64,000 nucleotides of DNA, from the NCBI GenBank assembly GCA_951406725.2, contig OX597835.1:37882001-37946000 (forward strand), in the 5' to 3' direction. Position numbers and translations under genes: made by a program. Positions 16,515-30,540 of the stretch are shown in pieces. The number at the start of each line of letters is the position of its first letter. Position 1 is the stretch's first letter. The stretch comes from Octopus vulgaris (taxonomy: Eukaryota). The notes under the pieces were generated by a model, which had not been told where the DNA came from, did not search any database, and saw nothing but the letters and a program-made list of their open reading frames with translations.

Positions 16515-18002
16515 ATACATACACATCCACATCATCATAATCAGTAGCAGCATCATTTTATGTCTACCTTTCCTAATTCTGACTCTTTTAGTCTCATCTT
16601 ATGATAAGCAGGTATGTGAAAATTGTAAGGAAAATTCTAAAGAACATTCAAAAGCCTAAGGCCCTCTTCAAAGATATGGAAATGAATTCCAGTGTGTGAA
16701 GAGAATCAGAATGCCTACTCTGCCCCTTCCTGATGGCCATAGCTTCATAGTCTCTGTTGTAGCTGTCCATGTCACATCTTATTGCTTTTAAAATGTTCAC
16801 AGAGCATTGACCGGCAGTCATGAAGTTGGTAATTTAACACCCAGCATGAATCGTCAGGACACAGGGAAATCTTTTCTCCAATATTCAGATGGCTTCAAGT
16901 GCTCCCTGCCAACCAACTTTTTCTCAACCGCAACTTTAATCTTTAACATCAGGGAAGGCATCCAGCCGTAGAAAATCTATCCCAACAAATTCCACCTGAC
17001 CCATGCAAGCATGGATAAGTAGACATTGAGCGATGATGATGATGATGATGATGATGAAGAGGAGGAGGAGAAGAAAAAGGATGATGACAGTGGTGATGGT
17101 GATGATGATGATGATGACAACAGTGATGATGATCATGTTGATGGGGATGTGAATTAGGAGGACAAGGAGGTGGAAGAGGTTGATGATGATGGCGATGATG
17201 ATGATGATGTGGAGGAGGAGAAAAAGTATGATGACAGTAGTGATGGTGATGAAAATGATGATGACAACAACAGTGATGATGAGAATGAGGATTAGGAGGA
17301 CAAGGAGGTGGAAGAGGTTGAGGATGATGGCGATGACGATGAAGATGATAGTGATGATGATGATGAGGAGGACGACGAAAAGTATGATGATGATGGTGAT
17401 GACGATGATGATGACGGCGACAATGATTATAATGATAATGATAACGACGACGACGATGATGATGACGATGATGATGAAGAGGAGAACCAATAATCTGATT
17501 GGCTGCAAACGGTGTGAGTTGGGTCGTACATCACCAATAACCTGTGCTCGAGTACACCAACAGCCATAGTCTTATTCTGCTGTGACCACCACCAGAATCT
17601 ACGACGGAGTGGGGGTGGGGTAGGGGTTTTGCAGGAACGGACTGGACACAAGAGGATGTGTCATGTGTCAGCATCACTGTCATACTGCTCTTTACGCATC
17701 AAGCACTGCGTGTCACAAAGTGCTGTATGGCCCTCAATAAGCAAGGAGCAAGGAAGATTGATTTGTGGGTCACATCTCATCTGGTGGCTTAACTGCATGT
17801 GTGCCATTGTACCACTTTACCAGGACTGTCCCGAGGTTTGACCACGGCAGCTATAGTACCACCTCGACATCAGTATTATAACGTTACAGCACTATACGTC
17901 ACTCCTGCTGCGATACCGTTGCAGACCCATTGACATGTTACCACTGACCTACTACAACACTAACCCTGACATTAACTGTTGTAAACAATATGATACTACA
18001 CA

Positions 18003-18236
18003 AATACCTATTTCTATTTCTTTACTACCCACAAGGGGCTAAACACAGAGGAGACAAACAAGGACAGACAGACGATTAAGTCGATTATATTGACCCCAGT
18101 GCGTAACTGGTACTTAATTTATTGACCCCGAAAGGATGAAAGGCAAAGTCGACCTCGGCGGAATTTGAACTCAGAACTTAACGGCAGACGAAATACCGCT
18201 AAGCATTTCGCCTGGCGTGCTAACGTTTCTGCCAGC
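18003..18236 (-). mobile_element. SINE family B
   Basis: Near-consensus copy; ends with the first bases of a further body (gaaatag|gtattt). Confidence 0.9.
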
Positions 18237-18929
18237 ACCACCATCATCATCACTGCTACTGTGCCACTAGGACCACAACATATACCAACACCACCACCAC
18301 CACCATTGTCAGAATCAACATACCACCACCACTACCTTCACCACCACTTCCCATCATCACCAAAAAACCACCACTAACAACTCTACCATCATCTCAACTA
18401 CCACAACCACTGTCACCATCACTACCACCACCAGCACCACCACGATACCCCACCATCACCTTCACTGCCACCGTCACCACAACCATCATCACCACTACCA
18501 CACACCACCTCCATCGCCACCACCACCACCGCTACTACTACCACCACCACCATCATCATCATCATCAACGGTAAATACCACCAATAAGTGATGCTGCCTC
18601 TATGGCCACTGAACGTTCTAGAAATAGTAGCTGAATTTCCCTTAAATTACTCCTCCCCACCACCACTCTTTCCGCACCTCACTGGTTTCTTTGCTTGATA
18701 CATATTCTGTACATATGAGACAAATGAGATGGTCACATTTGGATTGTAAGTCTGCTCACATAAGGGGCTGACTTTGGGGGTTTAAATAGCGATGAGGGTA
18801 GCAACATCAGAATCATTGCTATAAACCCCAAACAACAACTACAGCAGCTACCACCACCACTACCACCTGTACTACCATTATTATGAAGACAATGGTGACC
18901 ACAGTGATGACAACCATTACCACTACCAC

Positions 18930-19027
<98 letters not shown>

Positions 19028-19329
19028 GCTACTACTACTACTACAACCAATACTGCAACTGCTACTATCACTACTATGACAACAATGACTACCACAATGA
19101 TGACAACTACTACCACCACCACCACCATCACCACCACCACCATAACTACTACTACTACGATGACAATAATGTCTACCACCACCACTACTATAACTACTAA
19201 CACCATACTACTTCCACTACTGCTATAAGTACTAACACAAGTACCACCACCACTGCAGCTGCCGCTACTACAACTACTACTACTGACATTACTACTACCA
19301 CTATGACCGTGACACTCACCACCTTTAAC

Positions 19330-21400
19330 ACTACCACCACCACACAACCACCAGCATCACCATTACTGCCAACACCACCATCTGTGCCACTACCACCACC
19401 ACCACAACCTTCGTCATCATCATCACCACCACCATGATCAACATCACTGCTATCATCACCATCACAACCACTACTTGCACCACTAGCACTACCTCCACCA
19501 CATCCACCACCACAACTACCATCAACTCCATCACCATGACCACTACCTCCACCACTATCACCACCACCACCACCACCATCATCATCATCACCACTGCAAC
19601 CATCACCGCCAACACCAAGACCACCACCAATGCCATCTCTTTCACCACCACCAGACAACCACCATCACCATCATCACTACCACTACCTTCACCACTATCA
19701 CCACCACCACCATTACAGCTACCACCACCATCACCATCATCACCACTGCAACCATCAACCCCACCACCAAGACCACCACCAACACCACCACCAATGCCAC
19801 CTCTTTCACCACCACCACCAGACAACCACCATCACTACTACCACTACCTCCACCACTGTCACTACCACCACCACCATTACCACTACCACCACTGTCACCA
19901 TCATCACCACTGCAACCATCACTGCCACCAATGCCATCTCTTTCACCACCACCACCAGACAACCACCATCACCATCATCACTATCACTAACCCCACCACT
20001 ATCACCACCACTACCACCATTACAACTGCCACCACTGTCACCATCATCACCACTGCAACCATCACTGCCACCAATGCCATCTCTTTCACCACCACCACCA
20101 GACAACCACCATCACCATCATCACTATCACTAACCCCACCACTATCACCACCACTACCACCATTACAACTGCCACCACTGTCACCATCATCACCACTGCA
20201 ACCATCACTGCCACCAATGCCATCTCTTTCACCACCACCACCAGACAACCACCATCACCATCATCACTATCACTAACCCCACCACTATCACCACCACTAC
20301 CACCATTACAACTGCCACAACTGTCACCATCATCACCACTGCAACCATCACTGCCACCACCAACAACACCACCAATGCCATCGCTTTCACCACCACCACC
20401 AGACAACCACCATCACCATCACCATCACCACTACCACTACCACCACCACCATTACAACTACCACAACTGTCACCATCATCACCACTGCAACCATCACTGC
20501 CACCACCAACAACACCACCACCACCACCAGACAACCACCATCACCATCACCACTACCACTACCTCCACCACTATCACTACCACCACCACCACCATTACAA
20601 CTGCCACCACCATCACCATTATCACCACTGCAACCATCACTGCCACCACCAACAACACCACCAATGCCATCGCTTTCACCACCACCACCAGACAACCACC
20701 ATCACCATCACCACTACCACTACCTCCACCACTATCACTACCACCACCACCATTACAACTACCACAACTGTCACCATCATCACCACTGCAACCATCACTG
20801 CCACCACCAACAACACCACCAATGCCATCGCTTTCACCACCACCACCAGACAACCACCATCACCATCACCACTACCACTACCTCCACCACTATCACTACC
20901 ACCACCACCATTACAACTGCCACCACCATCACCATTATCACCACTGCAACCATCACTGCCACCACCAACAACACCACCAATGCCATCGCTTTCACCACCA
21001 CCACCAGACAACCACCATCACCATCACCACTACCACTACCTCCACCACTATCACTACCACCACCACCATTACAACTGCCACCACCATCACCATTATCACC
21101 ACTGCAACCATCACTGCCACCACCAACAACACCACCAATGCCATCGCTTTCACCACCACCACCAGACAACCACCATCACCATCACCACTACCACTACCTC
21201 CACCACTATCACTACCACCACCACCATTACAACTGCCACCACCATCACCATTATCACCACTGCAACCATCACTGCCACCACCAACAACACCACCAATGCC
21301 ATCGCTTTCACCACCACCACCACCAGACAACCACCATCACCATCATCACTACCACTACCTCCACCACACCACCATCAACACCACCACTGCTACTAACAAT
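19330..21400. repeat. CAC-rich minisatellite, about 12-13 units of 128-167 nt (mode 158)
   Basis: Recurrent anchor aatgccatc(g/t)ctttcaccaccaccaccagacaacc; ORF starts MSGGGG recur at 19658, 19825, 19962, 20105, 20248, 20406, 20534, 20695, 20853, 21011, 21169, 21330. Confidence 0.95.
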
Positions 21401-21605
21401 TACACAATAATTCTCCTTACTATTACAACTACCTAACACACCACCTTTAACACTACCAACCACAACCACACCACCACCACCACCATTATTACCACTATTA
21501 ACTCAATAATTACTACTACTGCTGTTGCTACTACCACTACTACTATTACCACTACCACTACTACTACCGCTACTTCTATAATTGCTATAGAATATAAGAG
21601 GACAT

Positions 21606-21662
21606 GTTGCTATGACAACAGGCTTACAGTTTCAATCCAGCATGGCCAGTTACCATGACAAC
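21606..21662. promoter_or_regulatory. Pair of RFX X-box-like motifs
   Basis: GTTGCTATGACAAC (21606-21619) and GTTACCATGACAAC (21649-21662) versus X-box GTTNCCATGGNAAC. Confidence 0.5.
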
Positions 21663-22328
21663 GGCATTTGCTGAGCTCATAAGGTCAACGGTTCAAACGA
21701 AGCTGCAGGCATTGTGTTGTTTGTTAGACGTTTGGTGGTGGTGATGGTGGTGGTGGCAGGGAGAGTAGGAAGAGCAGTGATGGTGGTAGTAGTGGTGGTG
21801 ATGGTGGTGGTGGCAGCTGAGACAGTAGTGGTAGTGGTTGTAGTGTTCGTGGTGGTGGTGGTTATGATTGGAAAGGTGATGGTAGTGGTAACAGTACTGG
21901 CGGTCATGATGGAAGTAGCGGAGGTTGTAGTTGTGGTAGTGGTGGTGGTAGTTGTTATGATGTTGAAAGTGGTAGTGGTTATGGTACTGGTAATTTTGAT
22001 GGTAGTTGTGGAGGTAGTTTTTATGATGATGATGATAATGATGATGGTTATGGTAGTTGCAGTGGTGGTGGTTGCTATGATTGTGAAGGTGGTAGCGGTG
22101 ACAGTATAGGATGCTGGTAGTAGGGTTTGTTTTTGTGTTGTTGTTATTGTTGGTAGTGGTGACAGTATAGGATGTTGGTAGTAGGGTTTGTTTTGGTGTT
22201 GTTGTTGTTGATAGTGGTGATGGTGGTAGTTGTGGTGATGGTGGTGGTGGGGTTTGTTTTTGTGTTGTCGTTGTTGTTGTTGGTGGTGGTGGTTGTGGTG
22301 ATGGTGGTGGTGAGGTTTGTTTTGGTGG

Positions 22329-22359
<31 letters not shown>

Positions 22360-22530
22360 GGTGGTTGTGGTGATGGTGGTGGTGATAGTGGTGGTGGGTT
22401 TGTTTTGGTGTTGTTGTTGTTGGTGGTGGTGGTGGTGTTGAAGGTTGCAGTGATGGTGGTAGTTGTGGTGGTGGCTCTATGACACTCTCACGTATAGATC
22501 CACACACACACACACACATCTCGAATGTAC

Positions 22531-22561
<31 letters not shown>

Positions 22562-22946
22562 TATACACACACATGTATGCACTCAAAAATTTACAAATGC
22601 AAACACACACATACACACACTCATAAAAACATTGACATTTAATTGCAAACACATACACTTATGCACACGCACATACACATGTGTGCACACATACACTTGC
22701 ATTCACACTCGACCATACATGCATACACCTATTCCCACACATATGCATACACGATTCCATATATGTACAAATATGTAAACACAACAAACAGACAAGGACA
22801 TAACTATGCACAGTTTAAATATATAAACAACTGCATAGAAGGCTACCATACAAATGCGTCTAAGCAGATGTGTACATATACCTATGGCTATCTACCTGTC
22901 TATCTGTCCATCCTTCTGTCTATCTATCTATATATCTTTCAAACTG

Positions 22947-22982
<36 letters not shown>

Positions 22983-23163
22983 ATCTATCTATCTATCTAT
23001 CAATCTATCTATCTATCTATCTATGTATGTATCTGTCTGTCTATCAACTTGTTTGAGTGGCTCTTTTTCTCCTTCTCTCTCTCTATATATATTTATACAT
23101 ATATTTGTGTGTGTGCGTATATATGTGTGTGTGTGTATATATATATAAACATACATACAAATA

Positions 23164-23201
<38 letters not shown>

Positions 23202-23263
23202 CATACATACATACATACAAATATATGTACATACATATATGGTAACTTTATATATATATACAT

Positions 23264-23295
<32 letters not shown>

Positions 23296-24560
23296 GTATA
23301 TACATATATGTACAGACTTATATGTATATATATGTTTGCATGTATCATCATCATCATTTAATGCTCATTTTGCATGCTGGCAGGGATTGGATGGTTTGAC
23401 CAGAGCTGGTAAAGTCAGGAGATACACCAGGCCCCCTTGTTCACAGATGCCCTTCGTAGTGCCAACCACTCTCATTACATTGCCCCAGCACAAGTGCTTT
23501 TTATGTGACACCAGCACTGGTAGCAACTCATCCATTCAGCATGGTGCCACATATCTCAGTTCTTCGTCATCCCTTTCATAAGGCCCATCCTTGCCACCAC
23601 TGCTTCACAACTGGTGTTTGTTTGTTTACATCCATGTAAGCTAACAGTCCAGCAAAAGACAACAGTTGAATAAGCACCATGCTTTAAAACCAGAAGTAAG
23701 GACAGAGGCCGAATTCTTTTGACTAAACCATTGCCAGCAGTTCCCCAGCAACTCAAAGACAAAAGACAAATGGTATTTTACATGGAAGGTGAAAATAAAT
23801 AAATAAATAAATAAATAAATATATTGGCAAAATAACTTATAAAACATCAAATAACATTCAAAATATTTATAAGAAAAATCTAAAGTTATAAAACAGTAAA
23901 GTGTGAAAATATTTTGAATTGTTCTCTTTGAAATACATGAACAATATTTCCGCTAAATCTTCAAAAATTATGACTGCTATGATAATATTGTCATGACACC
24001 AAAAGTTAGAGTGGTAGGTGGAAGAGACAAAGAGGTGTAAACATGGCGGCAGGAAGCAGGATGGAAGGTGATCGCAGTGAATGTAAGCTAGAGTGTGTAA
24101 GCCATGTGTTTTGAGCAAAAGATAAATGTTGAAAAATGAACATTAAATGCAAAAAACATTTTTATTAAAATATATTAAAATATGAAGAATTCTTAAGATT
24201 TTAACTGCAATTTTTGATTGATCCAACAGACATCATCATTAACATCATCAACGTCATCATCATCATCATCATCATCATCATTATCATCATCATTATCACT
24301 ATAGTCGTCGTTGCTGTCATTTAATTGTCCACTTTTCCATGCTTCCGTTGGTTGCATAGAATCCATTGAGGTGAATATTTTACAGCTGGATACTCTTCCT
24401 GTTGCCAACACTCACCGGTTTTCCAATTAAGGTAATGTTTCCTCTCCATGGGAAGTATGTAATCATGGAAGATAGCAAATGAAAGACATAATGTTGATGT
24501 CTTTTCACAGGGAAACATTTGCACACCCATCCAACTACACACTCATACTTTCACCCACCT

Positions 24561-24593
<33 letters not shown>

Positions 24594-24594
<1 letters not shown>

Positions 24595-24763
24595 GGAGCA
24601 GGAGTGGCTGTGTGGTAAGTAGCTAGCTTACCAACCACATGGTTCCAGGTTCAGTCCCACTGAGTGGCACCTTGGGCAAGTGTCTTCTACTATGGCCTCG
24701 GGCTGACCAAAGCCTTGTGAATGGATTTGGTAGATGAAAACTGAAAGAAACCCATTGTATATA

Positions 24764-24796
<33 letters not shown>

Positions 24797-24809
24797 ATAT
24801 ATTTGTGAG

Positions 24810-24852
<43 letters not shown>

Positions 24853-25062
24853 GTTTGTGTGTCTGTTTGTCTCCCCCACCATTGCTCAACAAACGATGCT
24901 GGTGTGTTTACGTCCCTGTAACTTAGCGGTTCGGCAAAAGAGACCGATAGAGTAAGTACTAGGTTTACAAAGAATAAGTCCTGAGGTCGATTTGCTCAAC
25001 TAAAGGCAGTGCTCCAGCATGGCCACAGTCAAATGACTGAAACAAGTAAAACAGTAAAGAGT
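24594..25062 (+). mobile_element. SINE family A, full length
   Basis: ggagtggctgtgtggtaag...ggttcagtcccact head, internal (TA)n, stem-loop tail. Confidence 0.9.
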
Positions 25063-25309
25063 TTGCATGAAGTCAAAAAAGGAGACAGTAACACATACAT
25101 ACACACACACACACACATGGTAGGACTTTTTTAGTTTCCATCTATCAGATCCACTCACAAGGATTTGGCCGGCCTGAGAATATAGCAGAAGATGATTGCA
25201 TTTGGTGCTGTGCAGTGGAATTGAACTTAATATGTATGAGGTGTAGGGATGGATGTTTGATTAAGAAGTTTGACCATAACTGGCCGGGGGCTACAGAGCA
25301 ACAACAACA

Positions 25310-25690
25310 GTGGAGGCATAATGGCCCAGTGGTTATGGCAGCGGACTCATGGTCGGAGGATCGCTGTTTCGATTCCCAGACCGGGCGTTGTGTGTGTTTA
25401 TTGAGCGAAAACACCTAAAGCTCCATGAGACTCTGGCAGGGGGTAGTAGCGACCCCTGTTGTACTCTTTCACCTCAACTTTCTCTCACTCTTTTTTCCTG
25501 TTTCTTGTCCCCGACTTCCTACGCAACTGCTGAGCCTAGATGCGCATTCATCCATCCGTCGATGCTCTTGGTGTTGGGGGTTGACCTGCTTTCTCTTCTG
25601 CGGGTCTTACAAATAGCAAAGAACCACATTTTGGACTCTCCCATTAATGGCACAAAGACTGCTTCGCTCAACGAACAAGCAATAACAACA
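25310..25690 (+). mobile_element. SINE family C
   Basis: Paralogue of 12583-12975. Confidence 0.85.
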
Positions 25691-25792
25691 ATCAGATGAA
25701 GAAGCTTCAGCACTGTCTCCTCAACAACACCCACCCTCTCCACATAATACATGATGCAACAGTTTATTAATTAATTTCGTCTTGCATTCCAG

Positions 25793-25978
25793 GAATTATG
25801 ACGAGGAAGATTTTGGTAAAATTCCTTCTCTGTTTCCAAGATCCTAACATTAGTATACGTGCTGAGACATGTACGGCATGCTGCAGACTGAAGATTGCAG
25901 AACCAAGAATTCTGAAGCAGTTGATTGCAGTGGCATCACAGGATCCAATTTGGAAAATTAGGAAGTTGGCAATAGAAG
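25793..25978 (+). CDS. HEATR4: Internal exon of a HEAT-repeat protein, HEATR4-like
   Basis: Acceptor tcttgcattccag (AG 25791-25792), donor G|gtaaga (25979); 186 nt, phase 1-1. Encodes IMTRKILVKFLLCFQDPNISIRAETCTACCRLKIAEPRILKQLIAVASQDPIWKIRKLAIE, resembling the recalled HEATR4 segment MTAKLL..FLHCF.D....VR...C...DPYWKIKAFAI. Neighbouring exons were not found in the window. Confidence 0.75.
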
Positions 25979-26380
25979 GTAAGAGCATGTCAATACGTTT
26001 GTCAGTTTTGTCTGATCCTTGAGTGTACTTACATCCCGACCAAATGGTTCTGAGTTCAGTCCCACTCTGTGGCATCTTGATCAGGTCTCTTCTACTTTTA
26101 CCCTTGGGCGGATCAAAGGCTATGTGCATGGATTTGGTGGATGGAAACTGAAAGAAGTGCATAGTATATGTGTGTGTGTGTATTTGTCTCCATCCCCAGC
26201 ACTAGATAACCAGTATTGCCATGTTTACATCCCTGTAACTCAGCTGTGATGCAAAAGAGATTGATAGAACCAGTCTTAAAAAATAAAGTTCTGAGGTCAA
26301 TTCGTTGGTCTAAAAATTCTCCAGGGTGGTGCCTCAGTATAATCTAAAGACCAAAATAAGTAATACACACACACACACAC

Positions 26381-26434
<54 letters not shown>

Positions 26435-26489
26435 GAGATACAAACCAGATACAGAAACGAAATATATATATATATATATAAATAAATCC

Positions 26490-26720
26490 CAAAAATGGAA
26501 CAAGAATGCAACAGAGGACAATAAGACATCTGGACAGATACACAATGCGAAGACAAACAGGTAAAAACAAGGATGGGTCATTCGCAGCCTTCTCTCATCA
26601 GTCAAGTTACCAAATTATCCTAACAGTTTCAGGCAATTACACTTGAGACTGTTCATATCTGGCTGCCCCCGAAAATCTAAGCTAAGAGCATTAAACTTTT
26701 TGGGAAAAAGCAAGTGAATG
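26490..26720 (-). mobile_element. Copy of the 4860-5080 Penelope-like remnant
   Basis: Reverse complement ...ttagcttagattttc...ttgactgatgaga...cgaatgacccatccttgttttt aligns to 4885-5080. Confidence 0.6.
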
Positions 26721-26810
26721 TGAACAACAATAGCAAAGACAAAAAATGGAGAGCAGCAGCATGCATACACTTTTGCTCACCTTGTAATTATACATATATA
26801 TATATATACC

Positions 26811-26854
<44 letters not shown>

Positions 26855-27022
26855 CCTACACACATATATATATATACCTACATATATATATATATATATA
26901 TATATAGTCACATATGCATATATGTTTGTGTGTAAGTTGTGTATTTGTGTAATTCCAGTGGGTTTGACTTGTGTAAATATCAAATATAAACACTCCCATA
27001 TTTACACAAGATCAGGTAATGG

Positions 27023-27099
<77 letters not shown>

Positions 27100-27477
27100 A
27101 TATATATGCACACACATATGCACAAACAGTTTATATGGACAATTTTTCATGCATAAAATGTTTTGGGTGATGAACGGTGTCTTGAGTAATAGATACAGAA
27201 GCCAGCCACAATGGCTGGTGACAAGCTGCGAATATTAACAGAAGAATATCAGCTGGCGTCTGACTTCCATTCAGTGCACATCCTTTCTCAAATTTACCAG
27301 CCTTTCTCTTGAATTTCCAACTGGAAATGCAATACAGATTGGCACCAGTGACGATGTGACTCATTTCTGCAGCTGAGTGAACAGGAGCAACATGACGTGC
27401 AGTTCAGTCCAGAAATCGAACTCACTACCTCATGATTACGAGCCTGATACTCTAACCACTGAGCCATGCATCTTCAT

Positions 27478-27509
<32 letters not shown>

Positions 27510-27576
27510 TCTTTTACTTATTTCAGTCATTTCACTGCAGCCATGCTGGAGCGCTGCCTATATATATATATATATG

Positions 27577-27644
27577 ATTTGATTTGATTTTGATTTTTCC
27601 AGTTTCAGCTCATGAACTGTGGCCATGCTGGGGCATCGCCATTT
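27577..27644 (-). mobile_element. Extreme 3' end of the CR1/L2-group LINE seen at 35725-36195, (AATCA)n-like tail
   Basis: Reverse complement aatggcgatgccccagcatggccacagttcatgagctgaaact matches 36138-36180. Confidence 0.65.
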
Positions 27645-27973
27645 TATATATATATATATATATGTATATAATTTAAATTAGAGATAAAATCACTATTAGG
27701 CAAATCAAACAGTGAAAGACATAAACCAAAACATAAAAATAAATATAATTAATATAATATACAAAATATATAAAATATTAAATTTAAATTATTTAAATTT
27801 AAAATTTATATTTATAAATTTTTATACTTTTATATTTTTTGAATTTTAAATTTATAAATTTTTTAACTTTTAATTTTTTAATTTTTTAATTTATTAATTT
27901 TTGTTTTTTAACTATCAAAAAGTATTAAAAAGTTTAATATAATATAATAAGTAAAATATATATATACATATAT

Positions 27974-28399
27974 AGGCGCAGGAGTGGCTGTGTGGTAAGT
28001 AGCTTGCTAACCAACCACATGGTTCCGGGTTCAGTCCCACTGCGTGGCATCTTGGGCAAGTATCTTCTGCTATAGCCCCGGGCCGACCAATGCTTTGTGA
28101 GTGGATTTGGTAGACAGAAACTGAAAGAAGCCTGTCGTATATATGTATATATATATATATATATATGTGTATGTATGCGTGTGTGTTTGTGTTTATCCCC
28201 CTAGTATTACTTGACATCCGATGCTGGTGTGTTTACATCCCCGTCACTTAGCGGTTCGGCAAAAAGAGACCGATAGAATAAGTACTGGGCTTACAAAGAA
28301 TAAGTCCCGGGGTCGATTTGCTCGACTAAAGGCGGTGTCTCCAGCATGGCCACAGTCAAATGACTGAAACAAGTAAAAGAAAAGAAAGAAAAGAAAGAA
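27974..28399 (+). mobile_element. SINE family A, full length, near consensus
   Basis: Head, (TA)n/(TG)n middle, stem-loop and A-rich tail. Confidence 0.9.
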
Positions 28400-28652
28400 T
28401 ACTGTATTTTAAATTATTAACGTTCTTACATCTTACTATTCCATTTAAAAACTACTCGACAAAATTTACACAGAATGATAGCAACAGTTATGTGCACAGG
28501 GTGTATAAAAAATGTGAGGTTCCATAAAACAAAATGGTAACTTTGGCCATTTATTAAATTTATGTAAATTTGCACTGCTTCAAATTATTAGTGAGGTGTA
28601 ATTAAAACTCATGTAAACACGAAAATACCAATTTAATTGTTTCTTGTACATA

Positions 28653-29166
28653 CCGTGAATCCTTGAGTATAGTCCACTCTTGAGTATAATACGCAGGGGA
28701 TTTCTAGGGGGCTATACCTCTGAAAAACCTAAACGTTGTTAATAATATGCCCCCTTCTCTAACTTGAGTCAAGAAGGTCTATATAACGTCCTTGGTTTGT
28801 AAAAATATATACGGTAACGTCCTTTATTATTATTGTATATATAACATAGTGCAAACATGTAGCTTTTTTGTGCATTTTGTTTGCAGAAAATAAAGAAATA
28901 ACAATAATAACATTTAATAAATGTTGCTTACTGCAAGTTATGGATGATCCTTTTATGACTTCATTGCTTTCAGGCTTAGCTTAAGGTATTTTCGTGCCCG
29001 ACATCACAAAATGCATCAGAATAAACATTGCCAGACAGCAAAAACGAGAAACTTGAACATTACTTAGAAAATAATTTTCATTTTTAACCTCATGTATAAT
29101 ACACATTAGGGATTTTGACCTTTAAATTTTGGGAAGAAAATGCGGATTATACTCGAGGATTTACAG
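28653..29166. mobile_element. Non-autonomous pogo/Tc2-type MITE
   Basis: TA|ccgtgaatccttgagtata ... tatactcgaggatttacag|TA terminal inverted repeats with TA duplication. Confidence 0.8.
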
Positions 29167-30120
29167 TATTGAAATGAACATACGCACTCATAAACATGGA
29201 AGAATTAGAAATAAACAAATAGTGTTCAAAAATGATTGGTGAGCTGGTTAGTAAGGCCTTTGTTGAAATAAGTTGGAAAAGGCACTAGTTCATGGAACAT
29301 GTTAATTTTTAGATTTCCTCTGATGTTATACCATGAGATACATCCACTATTGCCAGCCACAGTTCAACCTTGCTCCCAAATTGGCATCCATTCTTGTAAA
29401 CCTGTTGCTTTAGAATACTCCACATTTTCTATTGAGTTTAAGTTGGGAACAGGCAGGCCACATCATCTTCCAAGGTCCACAAAAGTCCAATTGTTGCAGA
29501 TACTCTGTGGTTTTTTTTTTTGTTGAGTGTGAGGATGGTTGTCTTGAAGGCGATCCTTTGCTTTTTTTAACCAAAGTTCACGATACTCCCTCAGAAAGAC
29601 TATGCAAGCATCTGCAGCCATTTTAACACCGTCAGACACTTTCCAAGGATTATCCATAATGCCTCCAATAATACCTGCCCAAATTATGATGCCTCCTCCC
29701 CTTTGTTGGCATCACAAGCGTTGATGATGATCTCATCCATTTACAACCCATCCCCTTGCTCCAACCATCAGATCCATGAAAGGTAGCACAAGTTTCGTCC
29801 ATAAACAAAACTTTTGAAAAGTCGACCTTCATATTATCTTCTGCCCATTTCAGACAATTTTGTATAAAGGAGGTTTTTGTTTAACTGATGTCACTGGTTT
29901 ACTGACATTTTGTCATATGATTACATTGGATAGTTTTGGATACACTTGTTTCGTCAATGCCCTTGAAAAGTTCTCCACTTGTAAGATCTGGGTTCTTTAC
30001 TGATTTATGCTTAATTCCTGACAGAGAACATTGAGAAATAGCCCTTGAATGACCCCTGTCAGCCTGCTTATGCATCTTTATAGGAGCTGTAACAATTTTT
30101 TTCACAGTTTTTTTCACATA

Positions 30121-30540
30121 GGTGTAGGAGTGGCTGTGTGGTAAGTAGCTTGCTTACCAACCACATGGTTCCAGGTTCAGTCTCACTGTGTGGCAACTTG
30201 GGCAAGTGTCTTCTACTATAGCCTCGGGCCAATCAAAGCCTTGCGAGTGGATTTGGTAGACGGAAACTGAAAGAAGCTCATCATATATGTATATATATGT
30301 ATGTATGTGTGTCTGTATATGTTTGTGTGTCTGTATTTGTCCCCCCTGACATCACTTGACAACCAATGCTGGTGTGTTATGTCCCCATAACTTAGCAGTT
30401 TGGCAAAAGAGGCCAATAGAATAAGTACTAGGCTTACAAAGAATAAGTCCTGGGGTCGATTTGCTCGACTAAAGGCAGTGCTCCAGCATGGCCGCAGTCA
30501 AATGACTGAAATAAGTACAAGAGTAAAAGAGTAAAAGAGT
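30121..30540 (+). mobile_element. SINE family A inserted into the Tc1 transposase
   Basis: Splits YHQT|VKK of the transposase frame. Confidence 0.9.

Noticed and set aside
16592-16611. 20-nt micro-exon-like AG...CAG|gtatgt
   Set aside because: Open phases are incompatible with direct joining to the phase-1 HEATR4-like exon; such sites arise by chance.
19330-21400. CRISPR-like or coding repeat array
   Set aside because: No unique spacers; most unit lengths (143, 158) are not multiples of 3; eukaryotic minisatellite.
24040-24090. aacATGGCGGC start/YY1-like motif followed by T|gtaagc donor
   Set aside because: Splicing to 25793 would create TGA; no other support.
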